From Eledone cirrhosa (Eukaryota), in NCBI GenBank assembly GCA_964016885.1, contig OZ024741.1, positions 275,962,001 to 276,026,000 of the forward strand: a stretch of 64,000 bases of DNA, written 5' to 3'. The position numbers and the translations under genes are program-made. The notes under the pieces were generated by a model. It made no database searches. It was not told the origin of the DNA and saw nothing but the letters and a program-made list of their open reading frames with translations. How positions within the stretch are numbered: position 1 is the first letter of the stretch; each line of letters begins with the position of its first letter. This document shows positions 25,431-37,478 of the stretch, one piece after another.

Positions 25431-26197
25431 TTGATAGTATTTTACAGTGTATCATATGCTGTATTATACTAAGTGCAATTTACCACACTGTACTATATTG
25501 TGTTGGTTATATTATATTATTGCATTACTATATTTCATTATCTTATTATAATTTTCATCTTTTAATATACTATCTTTCCTAGTCATGACCTTAATTTATA
25601 TTCACCTAAAAACTACATACAACACTAATCTTCATTTATTTTTAAACTTCACTATACCAGATACATTCAACTATCAATTTGACAATCCCTTTCCTCCTAA
25701 TAGATTTTTTTATGCCAATTCTACTATTAACACCATTCAACCATTCCTTTCAAAGGGTCATGACCTCAACTAAAGTGATTTACTTTTCATCTTAACATCA
25801 TAAGGAAAAAAACAATTTTATTGGTTAATTCTTCAACTACCTCCAAATAAGGACAAGATACTAATATACTACTAATTCTGAATAAAATTATTATTGCTTT
25901 TGAAAACAGCTGGTGATATGCATGTAAGTAAATATTTTCTGAATCTGATATTTTGTAACTAACCTTACATAGATCTGTTTCTACTTTAGGCACAAGGCCA
26001 GCAAATACCCAGTGCATTACTGGTACTTTATTTTACCGTAAGGATGAAAGGCAAAGTCAACCTCGGCGGGATTTGATCAATAACGAGGTATAGCTACAAT
26101 GTATTATCATCATCTAGAAACGATCGTAAAGCAGTGAAGTATATCTCTAATAACTTGATTTTTTATTTCATTGTTTTAACTTATATATATATATAAC

Positions 26198-26237
<40 letters not shown>

Positions 26238-26927
26238 TTAAAACAATGTGTAGTTGGTAGTTAAGTTAGACTTAATAATGGAATGAGAGTAAGAAGAAAG
26301 CAAGAACAGGGTTCCTCATCAGTTGTCTCCTGGGTGTCTCGGATATTTCAACGCTTTAAAGACAATATATCTACCCCCAGGGCATTTAATAACCGGGTAA
26401 GTTATTGGGAAAATGGAGGAGGGAGAGAAGGAAAATAGAAGGGAAAAGGGGAAAAGAGAAAGCAGCAAAACGAACAAGCCAAAGAATGTGCAGTAACTGA
26501 AAGGAGAATTCAAGACCACAGCAGTAACAGAACATAAGTTCAAGAGTGTGTGATCGAACGAAAAAGATGACTGACCCCAGCGAGTGTAAATGAGAAAAAG
26601 ACTGCTAGAAGGTCAGGCGAGGGAAACAATGCGATGGCAGACAGAGAGAGGGTGAGTGAAAGTGAGAGGGAGAAAGGGAGAGGAAGAAAGAGGGGGAAGA
26701 GTAGATAGTAACAAATAGGTAGGTAGAGGGACAGAGAGAGAGAAGTGTCACAGCGAAATATGATAATATATATATATATATATGTTTCAGGTAATTCCAA
26801 AGGAAAGGCAAAGGAAAAAGGAGTGCTCTATGTATAGAACAGAGCTATTTAATTAGAAAGTGAACAACGCAAAATATAATTACTCCATTACCAAAGGTTT
26901 CTGGGTCCCAGACTATATGTATATATA

Positions 26928-27818
26928 CAGGGTGTGGACGATATTTGTTCGCAATTTTCAACTGCTAATTTTATGCAAATTTTTTTCCTTCCGTTGTCAC
27001 TCTTGTCTTCATAAAAACAGTGACTATATTTCCATTATTTATTTTCAGAATAATTGATTATGAATAATTTTGAACCTCCAAATTTTTGGAACAGACACGG
27101 AGTTCTTCTTGGAATCCGCGCCGGGAGGACAAATAAGACCAGAAAATGAACTCCCAGAACAACAGGTGGCTCGCTGTCTCATCCAAAGACGTGCACAGAG
27201 TCATGCAGATAAAGTTTCCAGCGATAACATTGGTCTTAGGTGTTGTCAGCAGTCAAGGTGACGTCATGCCACCTCACTTCTTCCCTGAGAGCCTCAAGCT
27301 GAACACCGATGGCTACATCCGCGTTCTGAGCGAGGTAATAAAGCCCTGGATCAACCAGGTAGCTGCAGGTAGGCCGTATGTGTGGCAGCAAGACTCAGCA
27401 CCCTGCTATATCAGCCGAAAGACCCAAGCCTGGCTGTCAGAGAACTTCGTCGACCACACTTCACCTGAAATCTGGCCTCCCAGCTCGCCTGACTGCAACC
27501 CCCTCGACTTCTTTGTGTGGTGCGCAGTGGAACGAGACACCAACAGATCTAGCTACAATACGAAAGACGATCTGAAGGCCAGGATCACAAGTGCCTTTAG
27601 GGGCCTAAGTCGGGGGACAGTGACGAAGGCCTGTAGCCGGTTCCGAGGTCACTTTCAGGCCGTCATCAAAACCAATGGTGAGTTTATCGAGTGAGATCGA
27701 AAGAACAAGTCATGAAGACAAACTGATCCAAGTTTGATAAATATATCTTAAAAAATAAAAGTACTGTGTTACTTTTTCCTAGACAGTAATCTTGCGAACA
27801 AATATCGTCCGCACCCTG
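26928..27818 (+). mobile_element. maT (DD37D) Tc1/mariner transposon, internally deleted, both TIRs intact
   Basis: TIR cagggtgtggacgatatttgttcgcaa / ttgcgaacaaatatcgtccgcaccctg; TA TSD; ORF 27146-27694 with QQD-x37-D (SPDCNPLD). Confidence 0.93.
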
Positions 27819-27819
27819 T

Positions 27820-28155
27820 ATCATCATCATCATCATTTTACGTCCACTTTTCCCTGCTTGCAAGGGTGGGACGGGAACTGATTCTGGCTTGATTTCTACA
27901 GCTGGATGCCCTTCCTAACACCAACCTCATTTACAGTGAGTGCTGGGTGCTTTTTGCCGTGGGACCTACACGACCACTTTGCAGTTAAATGATAGGGACC
28001 CCAGTCCCTATCATCTCATTTCTACAGCTGAGCAAACTGGATCAATGTGAAATAAAGTGTCTTGCCCAAGGAAACAACACATCACTCGGTCTGAGAATTG
28101 AACTCACAACCTTTCGATTGCAAGGCCAATGCTCTAACCACTAAGCCATGTGCCT
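27820..28155 (-). mobile_element. Full-length SINE, family of 6839-7188
   Basis: Reverse complement of 6839-7188. Confidence 0.88.
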
Positions 28156-28548
28156 CTGCAGAGGATATGCGACGGCTGGAGAGAAATGAGGCAAGCATGC
28201 TCCGTTGGATCTGCAGTGTAAATGAGCGTGAATGACCCAGCATAAATGTGTTGAGAGAGAAACTGTGTCTGAGAGGGATAAAATGTAGTGTACGGGAGAG
28301 GAGACTGAGGTGGTATGGACATGTGATGCGCATGGAGGATGACCGATGGGTGAAGAAGTGCCAGGAATTGCCAGTTGAAGGAAGACGTAGTAGAGGTAGA
28401 CCACGAAAAACATGGACGGAGGTGGTGAGAACAGACCTCAGATCACTGAAGCTCACGGTGGAGATGACGAGGGACTGTGACGAGTGGAGAGATGCTGTGC
28501 TGAATAAGACCCGTCCCACCCTTGCAAGCAGGGAAAAGCGGATGTAAA

Positions 28549-28582
<34 letters not shown>
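28156..28582 (+). mobile_element. 5'-truncated RTE (second family)
   Basis: RRLERNEASMLRW...RRLRWYGHV...RGRPRKTW; (GAT)n tail. Confidence 0.9.
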
Positions 28583-28641
<59 letters not shown>

Positions 28642-28997
28642 ACATACATACATACATACATAGATACATAGATACATACATACATATATATATCATCATC
28701 ATCATCATCATCATCATCAACGTTTAACGTCCGTGCTCCACGCTTGCATGGGTTTGGACGGGGGTATTCCCACTTGAGGCAAGAGTGATTGTCTTGCTTG
28801 CATAGGACTGTCTGGCAGGTTTTCTACAGTTGGATGCCCTTCCTAACACCAACCACATTTACAGTGTGGGACTGGGAGGTTTTTACCGTGTTGCCAACAT
28901 GGCCACATTACAGCGTGGACTGTGTGTTTTTTTGTCGTGACACCTACACGATCTCATTTGTTTCGGCCTGGATGTTGTGGCACCAACATAACTTTAC

Positions 28998-29062
<65 letters not shown>

Positions 29063-29069
<7 letters not shown>

Positions 29070-29592
29070 TACTGTACGTCTGTATACATATATGTATGTA
29101 CGTGTACATACTTATATTTAAGTAACAGCCGTACTAAGAGTGGGAAATGAAATTTCGTTTCATTTTTTTCTTTTATCGTTTTCGGTGCACCCGGCCGATT
29201 AACCCACTCGATATGCAAATTGGGCTACTCAGCCGTTAATATGCATAAGGTAAGTATATACGTTCAACAATCTGGCAGGAAGGTATACGTTGCTGACGAT
29301 AGCTAATAAGCTTGAAACTAGTACAGCGTTCCTTTGACAGTGTTGAACAAACGAGCAACGATGGTTGCTAGACACTACGGCTTCATACGGGATGTTTGTT
29401 TACAAACACCAAGCATTATAATAAATGTTCGGTGAATCCATACGTACATATATATATGTGTGCATGTATGTATATATATATACATACTACTGTACGTCTG
29501 TATACATATATGTATGTACGTATACATACTTATATTTAAGTAACAGCCGTACTAAGAGTGGGAAATGAAATTTTGTTTCATTTTTTCCGTTT
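29063..29592 (+). mobile_element. Retrozyme-like non-coding unit: ~105-bp direct repeats, ~420-bp period, one hammerhead
   Basis: 29063-29170 recurs at 29484-29590; hammerhead at 29288-29328; (TA)n flanks. Confidence 0.65.
29288..29328 (+). ncRNA. Minimal type I hammerhead ribozyme motif
   Basis: CGTTG-CTGACGA-t-AGCT-aata-AGCT-t-GAAA-CTAG-TA|CAGCG; palindromic stem III. Confidence 0.85.
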
Positions 29593-29609
29593 ATATATAT
29601 ATATATATA

Positions 29610-30437
29610 TAAGACCTCCCTGTATAGATAAGAAATGTATAATCTGTAAATTAAGCCCCCATATTAACTGTAAAACTAGAAATGTAGCATATAGCATAAG
29701 ATGTACTGAAGGACAATGTAGAGATAAGAATATAGTGTACATAGGTGAGACAGCTCGTAGTATAGGGGAACGGATAAATGAACACTGGCGAGACCTTCAA
29801 GATAGTAAAGAATCATCTGTACTCTACCAACATGCTAAAATAGAATATAAGGGTAAATTAGAGAACATAGAAATTAAAATAGAATCTACACACAGAAAAG
29901 ATGCAATGTTTAGACAAACCACAGAGGCAATAAACATAAATGAACTCCAACCAAAATTAAATAGAAAACATGAATGGAACAGCAACATCACAACTTACAA
30001 TTAAGGACAAAATGAAAACACACACGCACATAGAACAAACAACCAACCAGTAACATATAAATAAACAAATAAATAAACAAATATAAACACACACAGATAC
30101 CCGGATGTAACACATGCGCAAACTAAGCACACAACACACACAAAAACAAGATGGCGTAGGACAGAACAAAGGAGAGGCACAAAACAAAGAAAAGAATCCC
30201 CAGTCACTGAAGAGGTCACAAAATGTGTGACGAAAGAACTTTGACAATATATAAACAATCATCTGGTTGTGGAACCAACCAACCAACCGGAAATTTATAA
30301 ATTTATTATAATAAATTGAAGTGAAAGCAACTGGTGCGTGTGTTTCTTATTGGCAACATGACCCTCCCAAAGTATAACAATATCGGTTTCAACACACGTT
30401 TTCAGATAAAGAATCTTGCTAAACAAATTCAGAAACG

Positions 30438-30440
<3 letters not shown>
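29610..30440 (+). mobile_element. Penelope-like (Naiad-like) 3' end: GIY-YIG plus pLTR
   Basis: C..C..C, NVAY.I.C, YIGETAR...R..EH, RQ..EA..I...P.LNRKHEW; hammerhead downstream. Confidence 0.88.
30203..30245 (+). ncRNA. Minimal type I hammerhead ribozyme motif
   Basis: GTCA-CTGAAGA-g-GTCACA-aaatg-TGTGAC-GAAA-GaaC-TT|TGAC. Confidence 0.8.
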
Positions 30441-30516
<76 letters not shown>

Positions 30517-30665
30517 AAAAAGTTCAATTTCTAATATACATATATATATATATATTCACACACACATATATATATACACTCACATATATATACACACACA
30601 TATATATACACATATATATATATATATACACACACATATATATATATGCACACACATATATGTAT

Positions 30666-30730
<65 letters not shown>

Positions 30731-31045
30731 TGGACACACAGGATATATCCACACAAAATTTATTACGCCTAACCCCTGTGGCAGCAGATCAGTTGGCTCT
30801 CCTCTCATTACTGGCATAACAGTAACTATGACAGAGTAATTTATGTCACCACCACACAACCTCAACCACCCACCCTGGTCGTGCCTACCAAACCCTCAAT
30901 GCTTTGCTTTGACAAGTTTGTTATTCAGAGATGGTCTGCAGCAACAATAACACCTATTCTGTGGGCATCTCTGAACCAAATATTTTCTCTATTCTCTGTT
31001 TGTGTTTGCCGTAATTCTTATATTGATTAACTAATTATGCAATTC

Positions 31046-31103
31046 ACACCTGATGATGTCACCAGGATCTTATGTAACCAGGCCTTTGAAATATATATAG
31101 TGT
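31046..31103 (+). ncRNA. Degenerate hammerhead motif
   Basis: ACAC-CTGATGA...GAAA-TATATA-TA|GTGT; stem II not well paired. Confidence 0.45.
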
Positions 31104-32049
31104 TTTTTTGCAACAATAAAACTTTAAAGGAATATATATATATCATCATCAGCATCATTACTGTTTAATGTCTTATTGCATGTGTTAGACAAAGTGTCCA
31201 CGTTATGAGGCAAGTCTGGCCAGTTGGTTACACCATACATTGTTCAAATGGAACTGTATTTTGACTGGGCTTTTTATAGTATGTATGTATGTATGCAGGT
31301 ATGTATGTATGTTCTCCTGGTTTTATAATTTCACAAATTTTGGCCAATAGAGAGAGAGTCAGTTTCTAAGATACATACAAGACTCTCTCATTGGAATTTA
31401 CACATCATCAACTAGGCAGATATGTATGCATGTCTGCATGCATGCATGTGCAGGTATGGATGTTATTCTATGCGTAGATGTGTATGTTTTCAGTTGTATG
31501 TGTGCATGAGTATATGCTTTGTATCTGTACAAGTGTATATGCAGTTATTAGATGCAGAATTTTTGGAATGTTTTACATATTTTACTGTCCCATTAATGGA
31601 TTGTACTTGTAATTTCCTAACTGTGTTCTTTCTGTTTCTGTGAAGCCCAGCTTCTCAAGATTTGTACTGAGGCAGTTACTAACATATCCTAATGCCCCAA
31701 TAATCATAGGTATAAATCTGAAGGTATAGTCAGGTGTATGTATGTATGCATGTGTCTCTGTGTTTATGTTTACTGTTTGATGAAAAGAGATCATTAAAAT
31801 ATGTATGAGACTTGGAAAACATTAGTTCTGGGGTCAATATTATTAACTAAATTCCTGGTGGTGCTCCTGCTTGGCCACAGTCTAATGACTGAAAGCTGTA
31901 AAAGATTAAGAAAAGGAGGTGTCCCAGCTTGGCCACAGTTTAATGACTGAAACCAGTAACAGATTTAAAAAGGGGGTGCCCCAGCTTGGCCACAGTCTAA
32001 TGAAATCAGTAATAATAACTGGAAGCTGTAAAAGAGAATAAAGACATAC

Positions 32050-32106
32050 CTTGACATCACAGGCATCTGCATAAACCTCTCGAGAGTCTTCATCACTATC
32101 TTCATC
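32050..32106 (-). CDS. SH2 adaptor gene exon, acidic tyrosine motif (DEDSDEDSREVYADACDVK)
   Basis: Acceptor tttgttgtag, donor gtatgt; 57 nt, phase 0-0. Confidence 0.8.
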
Positions 32107-32120
32107 CTACAACAAATAAT

Positions 32121-32468
32121 GGTTTCTGATTTAGGCACAATTTTGGTAGGGGAGATTTGAACTCAGAACATAAAGGGCCATAACTCTATGCCACTAATCA
32201 TGTTGTCCGACGCTCTACCAATTCTGCCAATCCACCACCCTTAATAATGGTTCCTGCTTTAGGCACAGGGCCAATGATTTTGGGTGGAGAATAAAGTTAA
32301 TTAAATCGATCCCAGTGCATTACTGGTACTTTATTTTATCGACTTTGTAAGGATGAAAGGCAAAGCTAACCTCGGTGGGATATAAATTCAGAACGTAAAT
32401 GGACGTAACTACATGCCACAAAGCATATTGTCTGATGCTCTACCGATTATTTCCAATCCACCACCCTA
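32121..32468 (-). mobile_element. Two tandem Nin-like SINEs bounded by an 18-bp direct repeat
   Basis: catcctacaacaaataat at 32103-32120 and 32469-32486. Confidence 0.85.
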
Positions 32469-32559
32469 CATCCTACAACAAATAATAAAACATGAAGACC
32501 CTAGAGTTCTTACATCAGCAGCAAACAACATTGAGACTATCCATATTAAAGTACCCTAG

Positions 32560-32766
32560 CCCTTTAGCATTCACATTACTCTATATATACTATTGTATTT
32601 TCACGGTAAAGGCTTTATCTCACATAATATCGAACCTACGAGATTTTTATATCATTTATTTTGAGAACAATACCTTAACATCAGTATGAGTGGCCAGTAC
32701 AGCTGGTTTGAACAGAAAGAGGTGAGAAAATTCTGGCCGGATATGGCCGGTTTAAATGCTAAAGGG
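32560..32766. mobile_element. piggyBac-type MITE with CTAG target duplication
   Basis: ctag|ccctttagcatt...aatgctaaaggg|ctag; sibling at 40814-41013 has TTAA. Confidence 0.85.
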
Positions 32767-32772
32767 CTAGAG

Positions 32773-33237
32773 CAGAGGTTCCCAACCACTGGGCTGTGGA
32801 GTGGTACCACACTGTGGATCATTTGCTACCGGGCCACAAGAAAATAATTAACTTATTTAAAATTATATAATAGATAAATTAAATATTGGACTTTAATTTA
32901 AAAGGATTTGTTTAAATATTCAATATTCATCTACTCAATACACTTTTTCTTCCCTTTGGCAGTATCGGTAGAGGGTCGGACACCATGCTTTCCAGCATAG
33001 TTACGTCCCTTTACGGTCTGAGTTCAAATCCTGTTGAGGTTAACTTTGCCTTTCATCCTTACTGGGTCGATAAAATAAAGTACCAGTAATGTACCGGTTA
33101 ATTGCTGGCCTTGTGCCAAAACTAGAAACAATTATTATCGTCTCTTTAATAAAATACACTTAAATAAGACATTTGTGTAACTACCGGTATGTGGTAAGAT
33201 TGTCCAATGTGAAGCCAGTCCATGGTATCAAAAAGGT
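32773..33237. mobile_element. hAT-Charlie (MER1-like) MITE with nested SINE
   Basis: cagaggttcccaacc...ggtacc start; ccagtccatggtatcaaaaaggt end, truncated by the minisatellite. Confidence 0.6.
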
Positions 33238-34024
33238 ACCCTAGGGCATATTACAATAGATTAGTTCTGTAGTAAAGTACCCTAGGGTACATTATGATAC
33301 CTTAGTTCGGTAGTAAAGTACCCCAGGGTACATTATAATATATTACCCTAGGGTACATTATATATATTAGTTCTGTAGTAAAGTACCCTAGGGTACATTA
33401 TAATATATTAGTTCTGTAATAGAGTACCCTAGGGTACATTATATACATTAGTTCTGTAGTAAAGTACCCTAGGGTACATTATATACATTAGTTCTGTAGT
33501 AAAGTACCCTAGGGTACATTATATACATTAGCTCTATAGTAAAATACCCTAGGGTACTTTACAATACATTTGAACTGTAGTAAAGTAAGTACCCTAGGGT
33601 AATTAGAATACATTAGGTACCCTAGGGTACATTACATTACATTAGGTCTGTAGTAAAGTACACTAGGGTACATTATATATATTAGTTCTGTAGTAAAGTA
33701 GCCTAGAGTACATTACAATACATTAGGTACCCTAGGGTACAATATATACATTAGTTCTGTAGTAAAGTACCCAAGGTACATTACAATACATTAGGTACCC
33801 TAGGGTACATTACATTACATTAGGTCTGTAGTACAGTACACTAGGGTACATTATATACTTTAGTTCTGTAGAAAAGTACCCTAGGGTATATTTTATACAT
33901 TAGGTCTGTAGCAAAGTACCCTAGGGTAGATGACAATAGATTAGGTCTGTAGTAAATTACCCTAGGGTAAACTACAATACATTAGGTACCTTATGGTACA
34001 TTACAATACATTATGTCTGTAGTA
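33236..34024. repeat. ~40-bp minisatellite with 14-bp palindrome GTACCCTAGGGTAC, ~20 copies
   Basis: Unit gtaccctagggtacattatatacattagttctgtagtaaa plus shorter variants. Confidence 0.93.
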
Positions 34025-34258
34025 ACTACACTGTAAATGTGGTTGGTGTTAGGAAGGGCATCCAGCCATAAAAAACCTGCCAAATACTCCTATATGAGCG
34101 AGACACGGTCACCCGACCAACCTTGCCTCAAATTGGGACAACTCCCGTCTAACCCATGCTAGCGTGGAAGATGGACGTTAACCGATGATGATGATGATGA
34201 TGATGATAACCAACTGTGGGTGGGGCTTGTAGATACATTAACCAACTGAGTCCCTTAC

Positions 34259-34317
34259 CTGCTGGGCTGCTCTTGGTTGTGGAATTGGGTGAACATCCTC
34301 ATTGCTTCTGCCAACTA
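34259..34317 (-). CDS. SH2 adaptor gene exon (VGRSNEDVHPIPQPRAAQQ)
   Basis: Acceptor tgtttctatag, donor gtaagg; 59 nt, phase 1 to 0, bridging the neighbouring exons exactly. Confidence 0.8.
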
Positions 34318-34495
34318 CTATAGAAACAGACAAATGGTTCTTTAGTCACATGATGTGTGTGCTGGTCAGTGTATGTTTATTGATGTGCATAGCTGTATTG
34401 TTGTATGTGCCTATGTCCCAAACCTGATTGAGTATATATCATTATCATCATCATACACACACAAACACGCACACACACAGACATATATGTACACC

Positions 34496-34525
<30 letters not shown>

Positions 34526-34526
<1 letters not shown>

Positions 34527-34666
34527 GAGGTGTGCTAAAATGTTGCTGGCATGATCATTGCTACATTGTGAATCTGAGAGGGGAATATGTTGAATAAAAT
34601 CATAATTAACTGATCCTCCTGTATTTCCTTTTACTCAAAGCCAGGAACTTTTCAGTACACCCTGGT
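34526..34666. mobile_element. Mariner-derived MITE
   Basis: gaggtgtgctaaaatgttgctggc / gccaggaacttttcagtacaccc inverted ends with TA flanks. Confidence 0.7.
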
Positions 34667-34821
34667 ATATGCATATATATATAACGTGTGTTGTGTTGAA
34701 GCAAATAACTATCTGTATACTCTGGGAATGTATCTTACATTGCCTATTGAGTACGCTGAGATACAACCGGTTCTGGCATTAATAAATATGCTGGGTCCGT
34801 CAACTCCTTATATATATATAT

Positions 34822-35010
34822 ATTTAATATATAGAAATGGGTTCTACAGGACTAGAACTGTTTCATTCAGGAGAAGTCATCAGGAAGCCCAATGCTTCCT
34901 GATGATTTCCCCCAAATCTAGTCCTGTAGAAGCCATTTCTATATATTCAATATTTATATTCTGCTATGTATTGAGTACCTTACTTACTCTGAGCCCGGGA
35001 TAAACTTATG
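34822..35010. mobile_element. Mini fold-back pLTR insert with hammerhead (34839-34890, minus) and tail
   Basis: Inverted arms around ~34891; tail tgtattgagtaccttacttact is shared with 36883. Confidence 0.85.
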
Positions 35011-35055
35011 TATATATATATAAATAAAAATAGCAGGAGGCTTGAAAGGTTTATT

Positions 35056-35113
35056 ATACTATGATCATTTCAATGACCGGGTTCCATATGAATCCGGTGA
35101 TATCATCAGGTAT
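35056..35113 (-). ncRNA. Minimal type I hammerhead ribozyme motif
   Basis: Minus strand: ATAC-CTGATGA-tatcACCGG..CCGGTcatt-GAAA-TGATCA-TA|GTAT. Confidence 0.8.
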
Positions 35114-36253
35114 TTGAAATATAACAAAGGAATATGTAAAAACCATGGGTCCGAAAAATCAGAGACAGAGAGGACGACTGACCAACTAGCTGTCTTCACC
35201 TCGGCCAGTCGCCCTCAAAGTGATGGCAACTCGATCTGCTAATGACCATCTGGTGAGGGGGCGAAGGCTTATAATGTACTACCACTCTCCGTCAAAGAAT
35301 AAAAAATAATAATAAATAAAAAAGGGGAAGAAAGAAAGAGAGAAAAAAAAAAAAGAAAGAAAAATGTCAGCGTAAGGGTCACACTACAGTCAAGCTAGAA
35401 AACGCCGCGAAAAACGTTATTCTAAAGAATCAATATTTTAACAAAGGCATATATAATGGGTGTCTGTATGGTCTAATGTGTGAACAGAAATTTGGAACGT
35501 TAACTTATGTTAAGAGTTAAAGGATGAAATTAAATTAAAAAATCATAAATTGAAAATTGGAAAATAAATAAAAAGATTATTTAATGAACTTACAGAGAGA
35601 GTCTTATATGAAAAAGTTAATCTCGATAAGATATCAGGGTGGGATAAAGATTAAAGCCTTCGAATGTGAATCCCAGCCAGCACCTCCTAACCACGTGCCA
35701 GCCAGTTTCGAGTGGTATTGTCCAGCGAAAGAAATGGAAATTAATTTTTCCGAGTACTCTAGGAACGTAGCTACACTAGGCCCCGGGTGTGCTAGCGGGA
35801 AGTCTACTATTTCAACAGGCCATCGTCTATACCAAACGAATACTATTAATTCACACATGAGGGGTTTATTTACGTGCCAGTAGAGGCATGATACAGCTAA
35901 CAGTTATGCCTAAGCCAAGAGTTTATAGGTATAAGTATAATATGGTGGTCAAAACAGGCGGCGCAGCGGGCCCGGGGCAAAGCAAACCGCTCCGAGTAAT
36001 TTTGTTTACTGAAAGAGGGTAAATTTATTTTTCCAAGCACTCAAGGAAGGCAGAACTTTCCGATCACCCATCACGCAGCCGGGAAAAGCCACCACATCAA
36101 TCGAAGGTAGCAAAACTCAATAAAGAGTGCAAATAGACTATAATTATTTTAAAGTCCCAGTTAGTCCGGGTTATAAGTAGTGTGGTTCTTTGGTGGGTAG
36201 GGTGCATAATGACCTGAGTAAGGAAAGTTACAAATACTGAACCAACAAACCTA

Positions 36254-36306
<53 letters not shown>

Positions 36307-36309
<3 letters not shown>

Positions 36310-36725
36310 GGAGGTGAGTTTTATTGTAGCACAATAAAGCAATGCAAATATAGAATAAGTAGCACTCTACAGTTTGTAGGACTGGAGTATAAATAATATA
36401 AGATCAAAAGATGGTTAAAAGAGTTCTAAGTATTTTATTATGCGCATTTCAAAAACAAATATCTTCATGGGATGATATCTGCATTTTCATCAGATAAAAT
36501 AGGGATACATGATATGAAGCTTAAAAAACACTTGTGAATAGTGAAGTTTTAAATCAACATATCATATGTTGATTTAAAACTTCACTATTCACAAGTGTTT
36601 TTTAAGCTTCATATCATGTATCCCTATTTTATCTGATGAAAACGCAGATATCATCCCATGAAGATATTTGTTTTTGAAATGCGCATAATAAAATACTTGG
36701 AACTCTTTTAACCATCTTTTGATCT

Positions 36726-36737
<12 letters not shown>
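36307..36737. mobile_element. Near-perfect palindromic insert (~175-bp arms, 1-nt spacer at 36563) with left tail
   Basis: Arms ~36389-36562 and 36564-36737; tail 36307-36388; (TA)n flanks. Confidence 0.93.
36625..36695 (+). ncRNA. Type I hammerhead ribozyme motif (mirror copy at 36431-36501 on minus)
   Basis: TATTTTAT-CTGATGA-long stem II-GAAA-TGCGCA-TA|ATAAAATA; 8-bp stem I. Confidence 0.88.
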
Positions 36738-36761
<24 letters not shown>

Positions 36762-36765
<4 letters not shown>

Positions 36766-36935
36766 TTAATATAAATGAGATTCTACAGGACTAGAACTGT
36801 TTCATTCCTGATGATTTCTAAAGAATGAAACAGTTCTAGTCCTGTAGAATCTCATCTATATTAAAACTTTTATACTCTGCAATGTATTGAGTACCTTACT
36901 TACTGTGGTTACCTCCGATTCAACCCGGAATAACG
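36762..36935. mobile_element. Mini fold-back pLTR insert with hammerhead (36804-36850, plus) and tail
   Basis: Arms ~36762-36807 and ~36823-36868; ATTC-CTGATGA-tTTC-taaa-GAAt-GAAA-CAG-ttctagtc-CTG-TA|GAAT. Confidence 0.88.
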
Positions 36936-36954
36936 TATATATATATATATATAT

Positions 36955-37478
36955 ATAAGCCAGTATATAGAGAAAAGTACACAAAGAGATATGTGTGTTC
37001 AATTGTAGGGGACATAATACCACGGTATGATTCTCAACTTAATTTGTGGCAAAACATGCTTTCAGCATGTCCAGGAGATATAGTTACAAACAATAGTCTG
37101 TACACTTTAATCTATCCTTTTAATTCTTGTGTATTTTCCATTCTGTTCATAGATTATTTGATTTTCACTCTGGTGGTATTATGTCCTCTATAATTGAACA
37201 AACATCTCTTTGTGTACTTTCTCTATATTCTGTCTTATAAAGAGCCTGGGTCTATCCTTTGAGCTCATTAAATTATAAGGGATTAATGTGAGTCTTTAAC
37301 TCCTTTTTTTAATTTGATATTTCGGTTCCTATTTCATTTCTATATGTAAGTTGAGCCTTTTAAGCTGAATGGTTTTTGGCTACTATTTTTAGCAGTCTTT
37401 TTGTCCATTCACACCATTATGGGAGGTATAGCGCACAGTTTTTCTGTCTACACTATGGGATATTGCAAGTCATCTAAT
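36955..37478. mobile_element. Older fold-back insert with long tail
   Basis: ~36955-37023 is the diverged reverse complement of ~37173-37240; (TA)n flanks. Confidence 0.7.

Noticed and set aside
26075-26135. Hammerhead (gaaacgatcgta)
   Set aside because: The 3' half is good but the CUGANGA box is mutated and stems are unpaired; at most a relic.
33236-34024. CRISPR-like array of palindromic repeats
   Set aside because: The intervening sequences are themselves repeats, there are no cas genes, and the context is eukaryotic.
35584-35883. 99-aa ORF and overlapping antisense ORF as genes
   Set aside because: No recognisable motif and no splice phase linking them to the host gene.
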